64,000 nt of DNA, from the IMG/VR virus record IMGVR_UViG_3300020195_000009, positions 124,001 to 188,000 of that record, one strand, 5' to 3'. Positions within the stretch are counted from its first letter, which is position 1. Each line of letters starts with the position of its first letter. The translations under genes and the position numbers were made by a program. Shown piece by piece: positions 8,503 to 18,758 of this stretch. The notes beneath the pieces are model-generated. The model was not told where the DNA came from. It was given only the letters and a program-made list of their open reading frames with translations, and made no database searches.

Positions 8503-9951
8503 TCAGCGGTCGGGAAGGCCGAAGGCCTCCTTGACGTTGGGTGCCGAACCCCAGAGCGACGAGAGCTTGCCGATCTCGTTGCCGCCACTGGGAGCTGGGC
8601 CGCCACCAATGTGGCTCACACCCTGAGTGGGGCGTGTTCCGACGGTACGGCTGGAAGCTGTACGAACGGCATGAGCCTGCTTCTGTTGCTGCTCACCACC
8701 GTCCTGAGCCTGCTGGGCCTGTTGAGCCTCATCGTTGGAGAAGAGCTGACGAAGGACATCATCCTCCGGTCCGAGTTGAACCTCACCGACGTCCATCGAG
8801 GGGGTTTCGAGTTCGATCTCCATCTCCGCTTTCGGAGCTTGGATGCCACCATCCGAAGCGAGCATCTGATCGATGAGAGCATCATCGCCCATCATCGGCA
8901 TTTGCTGCTGCTGACCCTGCTGAGCAGGCATCTGCTGCTGGTTGCCCTGCTGCTGCATCTGTTGAACGATCTGCTGAGCCGCTTGAACAGGATCCTGACC
9001 CTGTTGAATGGCGGACTGGATGGCCTGCTGCATCTGCTGAGCCTGTTGCTGCTGCTGGGCAAGCTGCTGCTGCTGGGCAAGCTGCTGCTGGTTCGCTTGA
9101 ACCGGCATCTGCCCCTGCTGCTGAGCGAGCTGTTGCTGTAGCTGGGCAACCTGCTGCTGTAGCTGGGCAACCTGCGGGTTCTGCTGAGCCTGCTCCTGCT
9201 GCTGAGCCATCTGTTGCTGCATGGCCTGCTGGACCATCTGCTGAGCAGACTGAGCGTCGCCCTGTTGGAGGGCGAGGACGGCCTGAAGAGCCTGGTTGGC
9301 TTGCTTCTTCTTGTCGTCGTCCTTCTTGGCGGCGGCTTCTTCCTTCTTCTTTTCCGCGTTCTCTTTGAACTGCGGAGGCATCTGACCGGCCTGCTTCTGG
9401 TCCTGCTGACCTTGGGCTTCCTTGTCGTCCTCGCCTTCCTTCTTGTCCTGGGCCTGCTTCTGCTGGTCCTGACCCTGGGCTTCCTTGTCCTTGTCGTCGC
9501 CTTCCTTGTCCTTGTCCTGACCGGCAAGGCGGGTGTACGTCGACATGACCTCCGCATCGGGGAGGTGCATGAAGGAAATCGACTGCTCCTCAACGTCCAG
9601 CTCGGACGCCGTCTTGGGGAGCATCGCCCGAGCGATGGCGACACAGAGGGCCGCCTTCTTGGTGAGGACTTCCTCACTCGCTGTCTTCTCGGGATGATTG
9701 AAGGTGTCGCCCCTCATCTCCGGCATGCCGATCTCGTTCCGCTTCACTTGGCCGCCGCTGTACTCGGCCTCCCAGGTGGAGCCGGAGGGGTGGATGTCCT
9801 CGGCAAACGAGGAGGGGTCACCAGACACGTACTTGTCAGCCGGGGGCTGAACCTTCACGTGATCCTGATTCATCAGGTAGGGGTCCGCCGTTTTGATTGT
9901 CGCCCGCTTGGCGATCTCATCACGGTTCCAGGTTGAACGCTCTCGGGGCAT
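8503..9951 (-). CDS. Capsid scaffolding protein with poly-Q and K/D/E-rich tracts
   Basis: Lies between protease and decoration/capsid genes; low complexity; many K-[TQE]-A motifs. Confidence 0.6.
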   Translation of the reverse strand: MPRERSTWNRDEIAKRATIKTADPYLMNQDHVKVQPPADKYVSGDPSSFAEDIHPSGSTWEAEYSGGQVKRNEIGMPEMRGDTFNHPEKTASEEVLTKKAALCVAIARAMLPKTASELDVEEQSISFMHLPDAEVMSTYTRLAGQDKDKEGDDKDKEAQGQDQQKQAQDKKEGEDDKEAQGQQDQKQAGQMPPQFKENAEKKKEEAAAKKDDDKKKQANQALQAVLALQQGDAQSAQQMVQQAMQQQMAQQQEQAQQNPQVAQLQQQVAQLQQQLAQQQGQMPVQANQQQLAQQQQLAQQQQQAQQMQQAIQSAIQQGQDPVQAAQQIVQQMQQQGNQQQMPAQQGQQQQMPMMGDDALIDQMLASDGGIQAPKAEMEIELETPSMDVGEVQLGPEDDVLRQLFSNDEAQQAQQAQDGGEQQQKQAHAVRTASSRTVGTRPTQGVSHIGGGPAPSGGNEIGKLSSLWGSAPNVKEAFGLPDR

Positions 9952-9996
9952 CGGGGGATCCTTTCCTTTGACTGAAGGACTCGTATAGAAACTTCT

Positions 9997-11664
9997 TTAG
10001 AGTCCGAGGGAGTACAAACGGCCCTTCTCAACGAGTTGGGCTTTTTCGGACTCCATGAGTTCACGACCCACTACCTTCCGACAAGCCGAGAGGTAGAGAT
10101 TTACATCTGAATACTGACCCGTCCCGCCAACGGCGATCACGGTTCGGTAGATCCGAGCATCCCCCGCCATCGAGGAACGTTTGGTTAGCCGATCGATCAA
10201 CCTGGACATCACCAGAATCTCACGGCCAGAGAAGCGATTTGCTCGTCGAACAGCTTCCCAACCACCCAGGTCGTGAAGGATCAACCCAGCCAGAACGGAC
10301 CTTGAAGTTGAAGGCGTCTTGACAGACGCCATGATCACCTTCGCCCGCTCTCGCCACTTGGCGTATCGAAGAGCAGACTTGATGAGAGACTCGTTGGAGC
10401 GGTTCTCATCCAAGATATCTTTGACGTTCCCTGCTTCGTCTTTGGAGATGTCGTCTCTCACACGAGTGACAACATGGTCCTTCAAGACCTTGTAGAGATC
10501 GTCCACGACCTTCTTGAGGGGGTCTTCGGGTTCGGCAGGAGCCACTTGCTCTCCACCCCCCGTATCACTCTCACCGGGGAAGTCCTGTTCGGCCGTTCTA
10601 TTCTCGTACACAGACTGAACTTCTGCGTGACGCTCGGCTCGAAGCTGTTCGGCCTTTGCTTGAGTAGAGAAGGCTGGGGGGGCGTGTAGGGTCCCGATGG
10701 GGGCGCCATCGAACAGGTACGCAAGGTAGTCTGAAGGGACCGCTCGGCTACCAACCCCAATGGGGGCCAACCTAGCTGCCTTCTGAAGCATGGTCGGATC
10801 TGCAACCCGAGTCGGATGAGAGAAGGCTACTTGAATCTTCTTCCGAGTAAGCTCCGCCATCTGGGCCGAAGCTGGGTCCAAGATGTTACGAAGGACAGCT
10901 CCAGTGAAGGCTGGGTTAGCTACCCACGAGCCTTCAATGAACTTGACAGACCCCGGCTCACGGTCGATATGACCGCATAGCTCGGCGATCTTCCGTCTCT
11001 TCCCCATCGGGTCGAGGAAGAAGTTGCCCTTCTGGTACTTGATGTGCCGGCAGAGCTGGAGTTCATCCTCCGCTACGTTGCCGCACTTGGTGCAAACAGT
11101 GAACCCAACGTGGCAACCCATCGAGAGGGTGGCAAGCGAACCGTTGGTGATCGCATCGATCAGAGCCTTGTGTTTCTTATCGGTCGCAACGAGGATGTCG
11201 ACGTAGATTGAGTCTCCAATGTCCCGAGCGGCGGCATCGATGATCTTGCCCTTGCTTAGCTCCGGGATTTGAATGTGCTCGACGTAGTTCTCTGCTCCGA
11301 TGAACGTCTTGTAGGCTGCAAGGAGGAGTTTGCGCTCCCAAGCATCCTGGTTGTTGTTGACGTACTTGGAGGTCCCGACCGTGATGTAGTAGTCGGGGAA
11401 CTGACGATCAATCTGAACCCCATCGAACATCTGCTTCCCGAGCGGCTGCCCAGGCTTCTCGGTATCCACCGAGGCGATGATCGAACAATGGGACAGAAGG
11501 TACTTCGACGGGTCGTACTTCTGGAGGATGACTTGCGCTTGAGTGCCGATTCGTTCATCGAAGTTCGGCCCTAGACCGACAGCCGCATGGCGGATGTCGT
11601 CCCAACCTGCCTTGTTGATGGCGGGTTGAACTACAGAGGCGTTGGCGAACTTCGCGAACCCCAT
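9997..11664 (-). CDS. Prohead (capsid maturation) protease with Zn-finger insert
   Basis: YVEH...KGKIIDA and LSMGC..GFTVCTKCGN...LCRH...EGSWVANPAF, consistent with HK97/herpes-assemblin-type proteases of large phages; gene position supports the call. Confidence 0.7.
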   Translation of the reverse strand: MGFAKFANASVVQPAINKAGWDDIRHAAVGLGPNFDERIGTQAQVILQKYDPSKYLLSHCSIIASVDTEKPGQPLGKQMFDGVQIDRQFPDYYITVGTSKYVNNNQDAWERKLLLAAYKTFIGAENYVEHIQIPELSKGKIIDAAARDIGDSIYVDILVATDKKHKALIDAITNGSLATLSMGCHVGFTVCTKCGNVAEDELQLCRHIKYQKGNFFLDPMGKRRKIAELCGHIDREPGSVKFIEGSWVANPAFTGAVLRNILDPASAQMAELTRKKIQVAFSHPTRVADPTMLQKAARLAPIGVGSRAVPSDYLAYLFDGAPIGTLHAPPAFSTQAKAEQLRAERHAEVQSVYENRTAEQDFPGESDTGGGEQVAPAEPEDPLKKVVDDLYKVLKDHVVTRVRDDISKDEAGNVKDILDENRSNESLIKSALRYAKWRERAKVIMASVKTPSTSRSVLAGLILHDLGGWEAVRRANRFSGREILVMSRLIDRLTKRSSMAGDARIYRTVIAVGGTGQYSDVNLYLSACRKVVGRELMESEKAQLVEKGRLYSLGL

Positions 11665-12428
11665 TACCTAGCTCCTCGTTGCGAAACCACGGGAGGAGCA
11701 AGAGCGGGTGAGGTCTTGAACCAATCGTGGGGCTCTCCCGTCGGACCCAGGATGGAAGGAGGGTCGATCAAGTAGAGGCACTTGGGGCAAGCGAAAACCG
11801 AGTGCTTGGCTCCTTTGTTCATCTTGTAGGTCGCCTTGCGCATCCGAGAGCCACACTTTGGGCAAGTCGGCTTACCGATCTTGAGATCCTCACCCGTGGC
11901 TCGGTACTGCCGGTTCTGGGCGACCCAGTAAGCGCCTGCCTTTTGAATCGCCTGTTGAATCCGAAGCTCCCCTGCGTTGCGGGCGAGACGGTAGAACTTC
12001 CTTACCTCATCTCGGAGGGCTTCATCATCAACGTTGGGTGAGAGGGTTCGGTAAAGGTCATCGTAGGCGATGACCTCCCCGGCTCCCTTATGCCATTGAC
12101 GGGCGAGGTCGATGTAGACCGAAGGCTGAAACTGAGCGTTCCGCCAGAGGGGAGCGGATGCCTTCCGCGCCTTTTCGATCTCGACCGTCGAGTAACTTTG
12201 ATCGAAGGCAGGGGGTAGGTACCGAAGGAAATCCGGGCTGACCCTGACAACGTCATCAGGGAAGACTCGCTCGTTGCCGAACGGCCACTGAACATCCAAG
12301 CAACCGATGCCCCGGTGGACGGCGGTTACGGACCCAACGTAGGGTGAGAGCTGTCCCGTGTTGACGTCGATCTTTTGGACCGCATCCCCTTGGGAGTACT
12401 CTTTTGTCAGCTTCCAGTAATCAATCAC
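11664..12428 (-). CDS. Hypothetical head-module protein with SH3-like N-terminus and C-terminal Zn ribbon
   Basis: CPKCG...CPKC; its stop overlaps the start of the protease gene. Confidence 0.6.
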   Translation of the reverse strand: MIDYWKLTKEYSQGDAVQKIDVNTGQLSPYVGSVTAVHRGIGCLDVQWPFGNERVFPDDVVRVSPDFLRYLPPAFDQSYSTVEIEKARKASAPLWRNAQFQPSVYIDLARQWHKGAGEVIAYDDLYRTLSPNVDDEALRDEVRKFYRLARNAGELRIQQAIQKAGAYWVAQNRQYRATGEDLKIGKPTCPKCGSRMRKATYKMNKGAKHSVFACPKCLYLIDPPSILGPTGEPHDWFKTSPALAPPVVSQRGAR

Positions 12429-12473
12429 GAGCGCCCCACGAAGGGTTAGGGTTGCTTTTGAAGAACCCGAACC

Positions 12474-15400
12474 TCAGGGAGCGAGGGGACGGCCGTTCTC
12501 GGCCTTGCCTGTCTGGACCGCCTGCGACTGGTCATCCTTGTATTGACCCATGTAGGGCTCGTCCGAGTCCGTCTGCTTGGGGGCCGTGGGGGCGTTGAAC
12601 GTCGGCATGTACTTCTCATCCGAGTCCTGCTGGATGACCTTCGCAGACTTGAGGACTTCCACCTGGCGCTTGGCGAGAGACTCATCCCCGTAGGTCGCCT
12701 TCTCGATGTCATCGGCCGTCCGATCGAGATCGTTGACGATGTTCTTGGCGGTCTCGAAGTCCATCCCCCACTTCGTGTGGTTCTCCTGAATGTAACCGGC
12801 GACCTTGTCGAGCCGGTCCAGGATGACGTTGGCTTGCTCCTTGGCGAATTTGACGGTCATGGCGTTTCCCTCTGTCTCTTCCGTTGAGGAGGTCTTTCGG
12901 ACCCCTGGTTTGGTTCCCGAAGTGGCTTTCTCCACCTTGAACCCGAACTTCTTACCTACGTCTTGAAGGGCTTTGAAAGCCTTATCGATGTCCGCTTCGG
13001 GGACTTGAACCCAAACAAGGGTCTCCACACGAAGGCCTTCCTTCTCTTGATGGAAGGTGAGGAAGCCGCCGCCACGGGTGTCCACGACCCGGAGATTAAC
13101 GTCGTGCTCCTTACCGTCGTCACCTTCGGTCGGGATCCACGTCTTGTTGATGGCGTTGATCGTGTCGATGTTGAAGGGAACCGGCTTACGGGTGGGGACA
13201 AAGAGCACGGTGATCGTGTCCACGCCGTAACCGAAACCAGCCGTGTGGACCGTCAACAAGGTCTCGCCCGCAGGTTGCGAGGCCAGTTTGGCGAGCATCA
13301 TGTTGTACAACGGAGCGGAGATCGCTCCGTTGTACTTGCCATCCTCAGCTCGTTGAATCGCGAGGTCCAAAGCGGCTCGGAATCGAGCATCAGGAACCAT
13401 CCCTTCGACGGACTTCGACAGGATGGGGGACTTGAGCCAGTCCTTGGCGGCTGCCAAGAGAGTTCCAAAGTCACTCGGCCCGAGGTCTCGTTGGTGAACC
13501 TGATGCCACTCGGGGTACGAGGCAAACCCCTCGTGACCCTTTGGGTAAGGCTCAACGCCATGATAGATGGCCGTACGGACCGCTTGGCGAGCGTCATCGA
13601 TGGAAAGCGGAGGGGTGCCCATCTGCCAATTTCGGTCCCGATAAGAAGAATAGAGAGAAGCGACCCGTAACGAACGAAGCTCGTCAAATTGCTCCTGACG
13701 GGCCGCTCGCTCCGCCTTGGAGGGCTTACCTTCGTAACCAAGAGGCTTCACTGGAGGCTCCGGGGCGAGCGGGGGTTCAGGTTCAGGAACCTCAAAGGGT
13801 TTTGAGGGGGTCCGATAAGGATCTCCTTTGGCCAACTCCTTCTCATGCTTGATTTTCGCCTTAGTCCACTCGGTGTGCTCTCGTTCAAAGGCCCTGTAGG
13901 CCTTTTTCTGTTCTGCTTCCGCAGCTTTGAACTCACCAATAGACTTCTCGTACGCCTCACCTTCTGCTTGTTTGAGGAACTCCTGGACCTGAGCTTCCTT
14001 TTTGGGATCAAGCCCGCGTAGGGACTGACGGACCCGAACTCGGAAGACCATAGATGGGTCATCAAGCGCAGCCTTTACCTCGGCTGGGTAACGCTTACCT
14101 GCTTTGCGGATCATCTCCGTTGCAGCGGTTAGCTTGTTGGCTATTACTCTCGGGTGGTCCCGCTCGGAGATGACGTCGTTGGACTTTGGATCCAAGAAGC
14201 GCTCATGAGCGGCTCGGTAGTCCTCCCCTTGGAGGTTGGCTACCGCCACCATCTGCGTGTGGGGATCCAGCTCCTTAAGGTTGGATAGGAGCTTATTTCG
14301 CTCTTGGTCCTTCAACGCCTCGCGTTTGGTATTTCTTGAGACCAAGCCAAACCTCTCATCAGGATCCTCACTAACTTGAGGGAACCCGGCAGATGCTTTA
14401 CTAAAGAGGTTTTGAGCTGCCTCTTTAGCTTTGGACTCTCGTTCTTCAGGTGGGAGTGAAGCAGAGGTCAGCGATAGATGAGCGAGGCTGGGTGCTAGGT
14501 GACTGGGAACACCAGACGATTTGAGGGCGTGTGAAACACGCATTTGGGTCGTAACACTAGCCGCTACAACTGCTACCCGATGCTCTTGTACAGCTTGAGC
14601 CTGCTCTTCTTTAGACAGCTCCTCAAATGGCTTTTCAATGCCGTCCGAAGCCTTCCCCTTCTTAGGGAGGGTCTTCACCAGAGCGGGATCCGTGGTGAAT
14701 GAAGCCCCACCATTTTGAATCTCATCTTGCACACTTCGAGGAGCTGGGAGGGACTTGAAGTCTAGGTAGTTCGCAACGACAGCCTTTACATCCTCTGGGT
14801 GCATCAACCTTAATTGAACACGGACCTGAGGAGGTAGGTCTGTGGTAAAGAGTAACTCTGTAGCCTCATGTATCTGTTGCTGAGTGGGGGGCTTTCGCTT
14901 CGGCGGGGGGAAGTCTTGGGCGCTCGTAGGCTTCTTCTCGGGAGCCTTCTCCTTCTCAGGGGCCTTCTCACCTTCAGGAGTCTTCTCACCTTCAGGAGTC
15001 TTCTCGGGGGTTTTCTCTTCCTCGGGGGGTTTCTTGGTGTCGACCTCAGCGGGAGCTTCCTGAGGTCTCTTCGTCCGCTGGGCTTTAGCTACAGGCTTTG
15101 GAACAAGCTCAAGAGCCTTCTTGAGGTCACCAAGGGTTTTGATTTCAGGTGGGAAATCTGCCTTGGGGAAGACCTCTTTTACAGGCTTGCCTGGGTTGCT
15201 ATCGGCGACAGCTTGCAACGCGGTAGCTGGATTTGAAAACGTACCTATGGCGCTCTTTAGGGCCGGGTCGTTCTTCGCTCGCTCTTGAAGCTCTTCCCCT
15301 CCGATACGAGCATCCAATTCCTTGATTGGCTCGTAGGGTGCCTTCGGCTCAGGGTTGAACTTGTCTCGCTTCTTGGGGGCCTCTTGTTTCGATTTAGGCT

Positions 15401-16400
15401 CCTCGGGCTTCTTGGGGGCCTCTTGTTTCGCAGGTCCAGGCTTTTTTTCAGTGTCTTCTGCTGCGGGATCTTCGGGTTTCTCAGTCCCAGGCTTGGGCTC
15501 TTCCTTGGGCTTCTCCTCTTCCTTGGGCTTCTCCTCTTCCTTGGGCTTCGGACCCATCAACTTAGGTGGTGGCTTCCCGTCTCTCTCCGCATCCTCGACC
15601 GCCTCAAAGTGATCATTGATCCACTTCGGGATCGACTTCGACCATGTGACCGCATCCCCCACGGTTTTGAACTTGGCAAGCTCAGGGTGACCTTCGAGCC
15701 CCTTCACCTCCGAAATGGGTGTGTCCTGCGGTAGATCGGAGATCGTTGACAGAGCCTTTTGAAAGACAGGATCCTTCTGGGTCTTTTCAAGAATCCCCTG
15801 GACGAAATCAAATTCCTTACGGTGCTCAGGAGCTAGGGGATCCGGCTCAGTTCCAGGTTTTTCCTCGCGGGTCTCTGGCTTACCCCCCTCGGGCTTATCT
15901 TCAGGCTTCTTATCTTCAGGCTTGACCGGCTTGTATCGGGAGGGGTTGTTCTTCGCCGTCGTCTCGGGAACCGAGACGACCTTTTTCTCCTCCGAATCGA
16001 AGACCGAGACGTACTTCTTGGGACCGGATTGAGCCGGCTTGCGCTCTTTGAGGTCTTTGCGCTTCTGGGTCCGCTTCTCTTTACGTCGCTGTTGGAACTT
16101 CGGGTTGGACTTAGCCTCCAGGTAGCGGCTCACCACCCGGTCCTCGATGGCCGGCTCCAGAAACCGATCCACAACCCTAGCAATCAGACCAACGGAACCC
16201 CCGACCCTTTTGTAATTGAGGGATAGGTCTGGGTCGCTCTTGGTGTCCGGGTCCCCCTCTACATCTGGATCTCGATCCGGCTGCATATCGTCACGACGAC
16301 GATCCCTGCGAGGGGGCTTCTTCTTGGGTTGAGGACGGACAAGGCGCTCCGCCTCATCATCCTCTTTCTCCCCATGCGTCTTCGTGGCCAGAAAATCCAT
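12474..16400 (-). CDS. Large (~1308 aa) putative internal head protein with P/E/K-rich repeats
   Basis: Long ORF between portal and protease genes. ATG at 16400 is 18 nt from a late motif (the track uses GTG at 16406). Two RVVxR[FY]L motifs near the N-terminus. Confidence 0.7.
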   Translation of the reverse strand: MDFLATKTHGEKEDDEAERLVRPQPKKKPPRRDRRRDDMQPDRDPDVEGDPDTKSDPDLSLNYKRVGGSVGLIARVVDRFLEPAIEDRVVSRYLEAKSNPKFQQRRKEKRTQKRKDLKERKPAQSGPKKYVSVFDSEEKKVVSVPETTAKNNPSRYKPVKPEDKKPEDKPEGGKPETREEKPGTEPDPLAPEHRKEFDFVQGILEKTQKDPVFQKALSTISDLPQDTPISEVKGLEGHPELAKFKTVGDAVTWSKSIPKWINDHFEAVEDAERDGKPPPKLMGPKPKEEEKPKEEEKPKEEPKPGTEKPEDPAAEDTEKKPGPAKQEAPKKPEEPKSKQEAPKKRDKFNPEPKAPYEPIKELDARIGGEELQERAKNDPALKSAIGTFSNPATALQAVADSNPGKPVKEVFPKADFPPEIKTLGDLKKALELVPKPVAKAQRTKRPQEAPAEVDTKKPPEEEKTPEKTPEGEKTPEGEKAPEKEKAPEKKPTSAQDFPPPKRKPPTQQQIHEATELLFTTDLPPQVRVQLRLMHPEDVKAVVANYLDFKSLPAPRSVQDEIQNGGASFTTDPALVKTLPKKGKASDGIEKPFEELSKEEQAQAVQEHRVAVVAASVTTQMRVSHALKSSGVPSHLAPSLAHLSLTSASLPPEERESKAKEAAQNLFSKASAGFPQVSEDPDERFGLVSRNTKREALKDQERNKLLSNLKELDPHTQMVAVANLQGEDYRAAHERFLDPKSNDVISERDHPRVIANKLTAATEMIRKAGKRYPAEVKAALDDPSMVFRVRVRQSLRGLDPKKEAQVQEFLKQAEGEAYEKSIGEFKAAEAEQKKAYRAFEREHTEWTKAKIKHEKELAKGDPYRTPSKPFEVPEPEPPLAPEPPVKPLGYEGKPSKAERAARQEQFDELRSLRVASLYSSYRDRNWQMGTPPLSIDDARQAVRTAIYHGVEPYPKGHEGFASYPEWHQVHQRDLGPSDFGTLLAAAKDWLKSPILSKSVEGMVPDARFRAALDLAIQRAEDGKYNGAISAPLYNMMLAKLASQPAGETLLTVHTAGFGYGVDTITVLFVPTRKPVPFNIDTINAINKTWIPTEGDDGKEHDVNLRVVDTRGGGFLTFHQEKEGLRVETLVWVQVPEADIDKAFKALQDVGKKFGFKVEKATSGTKPGVRKTSSTEETEGNAMTVKFAKEQANVILDRLDKVAGYIQENHTKWGMDFETAKNIVNDLDRTADDIEKATYGDESLAKRQVEVLKSAKVIQQDSDEKYMPTFNAPTAPKQTDSDEPYMGQYKDDQSQAVQTGKAENGRPLAP
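15501..15549. repeat. 18-bp tandem repeat (KPKEEE) inside the large ORF
   Basis: ttccttgggcttctcctc x~2.7; similar 18-bp EK[TA]PE[GK] units at ~14930-15010. Confidence 0.7.
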
Positions 16401-16436
16401 GCCCACCCCGGCTGGGCGAAAAGACGAGTATCGGTC

Positions 16437-18245
16437 CTAGAACCGGCCTTCTTCTGCGGCGGCTGGTTCTTCTTTGACGCTAAGGTTGAGGTACTTGGCG
16501 ATCTTGTCCATGATGTCGGTCTTTTCCGCGAGCATCCGGCCGACCTCCCCATAGATCCCGCGAATGACCTCGTTGAACACGGAGTCGTTGACCGAGAACA
16601 TGTCTCGCTCGATCTTCTCTTTCGTATCCGCTGGGTCGATGTTGAACATCTCCAGAATGAGGTCGATGGAGATGCTCCCCTTCTGGTACAAATTGAAGAG
16701 GGCGTCGTAGGTGTCCTGGCTGTCCCGAAGGGCCAGACGAGTGAAGGAGAGCCTTGGGATGAGGACAACCTCATCCCCCCAATCATCCTTCTCCACGAAC
16801 CCCTTGCGTCTTGCTACGGGCTTGAAGAGGTACTCCTCCACATACTCCTGGAGCATCTCTCTGAAGAGCAGATAGCGGGTGTTGAGGACCTCCAGCTTGA
16901 CTCGGTCTCCGGAGAACGTGCTCTCTCCGTTGAGAAGACTCTCGGTCACACCAAGGCCTGCGAAGAGCTGCTTATCCGTGATCTCGTATTCACCAGACAG
17001 ATCAAGGAGACGGTCACGGGCTCCGATCTCTTCCCAGTGGACCTCGTAGTTGGTGACGATCGAGTAGTCCGGGTCCACGAGAGCCAAGTCGACCTGCTCA
17101 CGAAGATCATCCGTATCAATGTCCGAAAGGTTCTCACCCCACACGAGACGCTTGGGCGTCATCGCTCGGTCGGCGATGAGCGTCTGGGCCTGCCGGAGCT
17201 TCTCTCGGTAGTACAGGATACGAAGACAACGATCGAGGAGGCTGGCCCCAAGCTCCTCACCAGCTCCACGTCGGGCCGTGAGATGGTAACAGAACGAACC
17301 CTCATCAGGATCCGTCCCAAGTGGGATCAACTGGCCAGATTCGATGTAGTCCCGCACTTCTTGGGGGATTTCTTCGACCATCCGCTGGGCCTTATCGTCC
17401 CCGATTTTGGCCTGCTCGATGAGGGCTCGGTCCCGGTCTGACGGGATTAGGTCGAGTTGAACCTTGTCCGTGAAGCTAAAAGAAGCGAGCTTGACCTGGT
17501 CGATAGGGAGGATGATGAGCTTGTCCCACCCCTTGTAATGCTGCTGATAGTACGCCAGCTCAAGGTCTTCTCGATCGTTAAGTTCCGTGATCGACTCTTC
17601 GACTTCCTCCACCCCGTTGCCGTCGTCATCGAGGGAAGACTTGACGTTCTTTTCGATCTTGTGCCCAACCTCGGGCGGTACGTCTACGGTCCCATCCTCA
17701 GCAAACAAGAACACGTTTCCATCGAGATGGTAGTGGTGAGCCCCCGTGATCAGCCGTTGAAACAGCTTGATCCGCTTGCACATCTTCTCAAAAAACGAGA
17801 GAATGTAACGGCCGTAATCTTCGGGGCTCTTGAACCTATCCGGGTGTGTCCGAGGGGTCGGTTTCGCTAGGCGAACCTTGGAGAGCGGAAGCTCTGTATG
17901 TAGGTCGATGGCCTGCCCTACAATAGGGTCTGTGTTGTAGAAGTGGCGATAAATCTCTCGCTTCTCACGAAGCGATTGGGGCAGTTGGAGGAAGTCTGTC
18001 GAGAGTTGGGGCGAGAAAAACGCCCCCTGACCCGACAATGTTGTGTGTCCACCACCGGCCCCACCCGTTGGAAACGCCCCGGCCGTCTTGTTCTGGCTCT
18101 GGCTGGCTCGACGAGCCATACGCTCCTTTTCGGTCAAATTGGTGATCCCACCCTTTGCCGAATAGGGGGCATGCAAGTAACGACCGATCTGCGTGTTCGC
18201 TAGAACGATGCCGTTTCGAGCATTGGTGAACCGATCAGCGGGCAC
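16437..18245 (-). CDS. Portal protein
   Basis: 602 aa in the head module; YRHFY..DPIVGQAIDLH, GNVF, G.SLL.R...L, LFAGLGV.ESLL.G segments typical of large-phage portals. Confidence 0.8.
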   Translation of the reverse strand: MPADRFTNARNGIVLANTQIGRYLHAPYSAKGGITNLTEKERMARRASQSQNKTAGAFPTGGAGGGHTTLSGQGAFFSPQLSTDFLQLPQSLREKREIYRHFYNTDPIVGQAIDLHTELPLSKVRLAKPTPRTHPDRFKSPEDYGRYILSFFEKMCKRIKLFQRLITGAHHYHLDGNVFLFAEDGTVDVPPEVGHKIEKNVKSSLDDDGNGVEEVEESITELNDREDLELAYYQQHYKGWDKLIILPIDQVKLASFSFTDKVQLDLIPSDRDRALIEQAKIGDDKAQRMVEEIPQEVRDYIESGQLIPLGTDPDEGSFCYHLTARRGAGEELGASLLDRCLRILYYREKLRQAQTLIADRAMTPKRLVWGENLSDIDTDDLREQVDLALVDPDYSIVTNYEVHWEEIGARDRLLDLSGEYEITDKQLFAGLGVTESLLNGESTFSGDRVKLEVLNTRYLLFREMLQEYVEEYLFKPVARRKGFVEKDDWGDEVVLIPRLSFTRLALRDSQDTYDALFNLYQKGSISIDLILEMFNIDPADTKEKIERDMFSVNDSVFNEVIRGIYGEVGRMLAEKTDIMDKIAKYLNLSVKEEPAAAEEGRF

Positions 18246-18249
18246 TTAT

Positions 18250-18753
18250 TTATACCTCTTCCCCGTACAAATCATCCACTTCGCCAGGGGTAACCAAGTC
18301 CGGAGACAAGGAGACCGGAGGGGAGGGATGGTCAGGGCCAAACAGAGCGGAAAGAGGATCTACTTCTACCTTCTTGCCTTCTTTGGCAGCCTTGGCTTCT
18401 TTGCGAGCTTGTTTTACCTGCTCTTCTTGAGCCAGATCAGCCATGGTTCGCTTGGCCTCAGCCAAGACACGATCAAACGCAGCGGTCCGTTTCAACCCCT
18501 GCGAGACCATGCCCGTAAGGCGTTTTCCCACGTTGGCCAAGTTGAGGTACGTCGGCGTTGCGTAGTCGGGGGTTCCACGACGGACCGTGTGGTACAGGAC
18601 CTCGTAAACCTTATGGAGGCGCTCCGCAGCAACAGACATCTCCTTCTGGAGACGCCGGCCCTCAACACAAAGCTCATCGGGGGTCATCCGCTCAACGGGC
18701 ACCCCCGCTCTGGACCCCGAACGAGTCGGGAGAATTTCATCTAGGTTTGGCAT
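18250..18753 (-). CDS. Hypothetical helical protein
   Basis: 167-aa ORF tightly packed between neighbours. Confidence 0.6.
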   Translation of the reverse strand: MPNLDEILPTRSGSRAGVPVERMTPDELCVEGRRLQKEMSVAAERLHKVYEVLYHTVRRGTPDYATPTYLNLANVGKRLTGMVSQGLKRTAAFDRVLAEAKRTMADLAQEEQVKQARKEAKAAKEGKKVEVDPLSALFGPDHPSPPVSLSPDLVTPGEVDDLYGEEV

Positions 18754-18758
18754 TTGAT

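Noticed and set aside
8892-9677. 261-aa alternative-frame S/R-rich ORF within the scaffold gene
   Set aside because: It is a by-product of CAG/AAG repeats in the overlapping frame, with no SD or independent evidence.
16329-17441. 370-aa plus-strand ORF, and similar long antisense ORFs (e.g. 25126..26097, 26801..27748, 45636..46589, 61267..62274)
   Set aside because: They are antisense shadows of well-supported minus-strand genes in GC-rich DNA and have no recognisable motifs.
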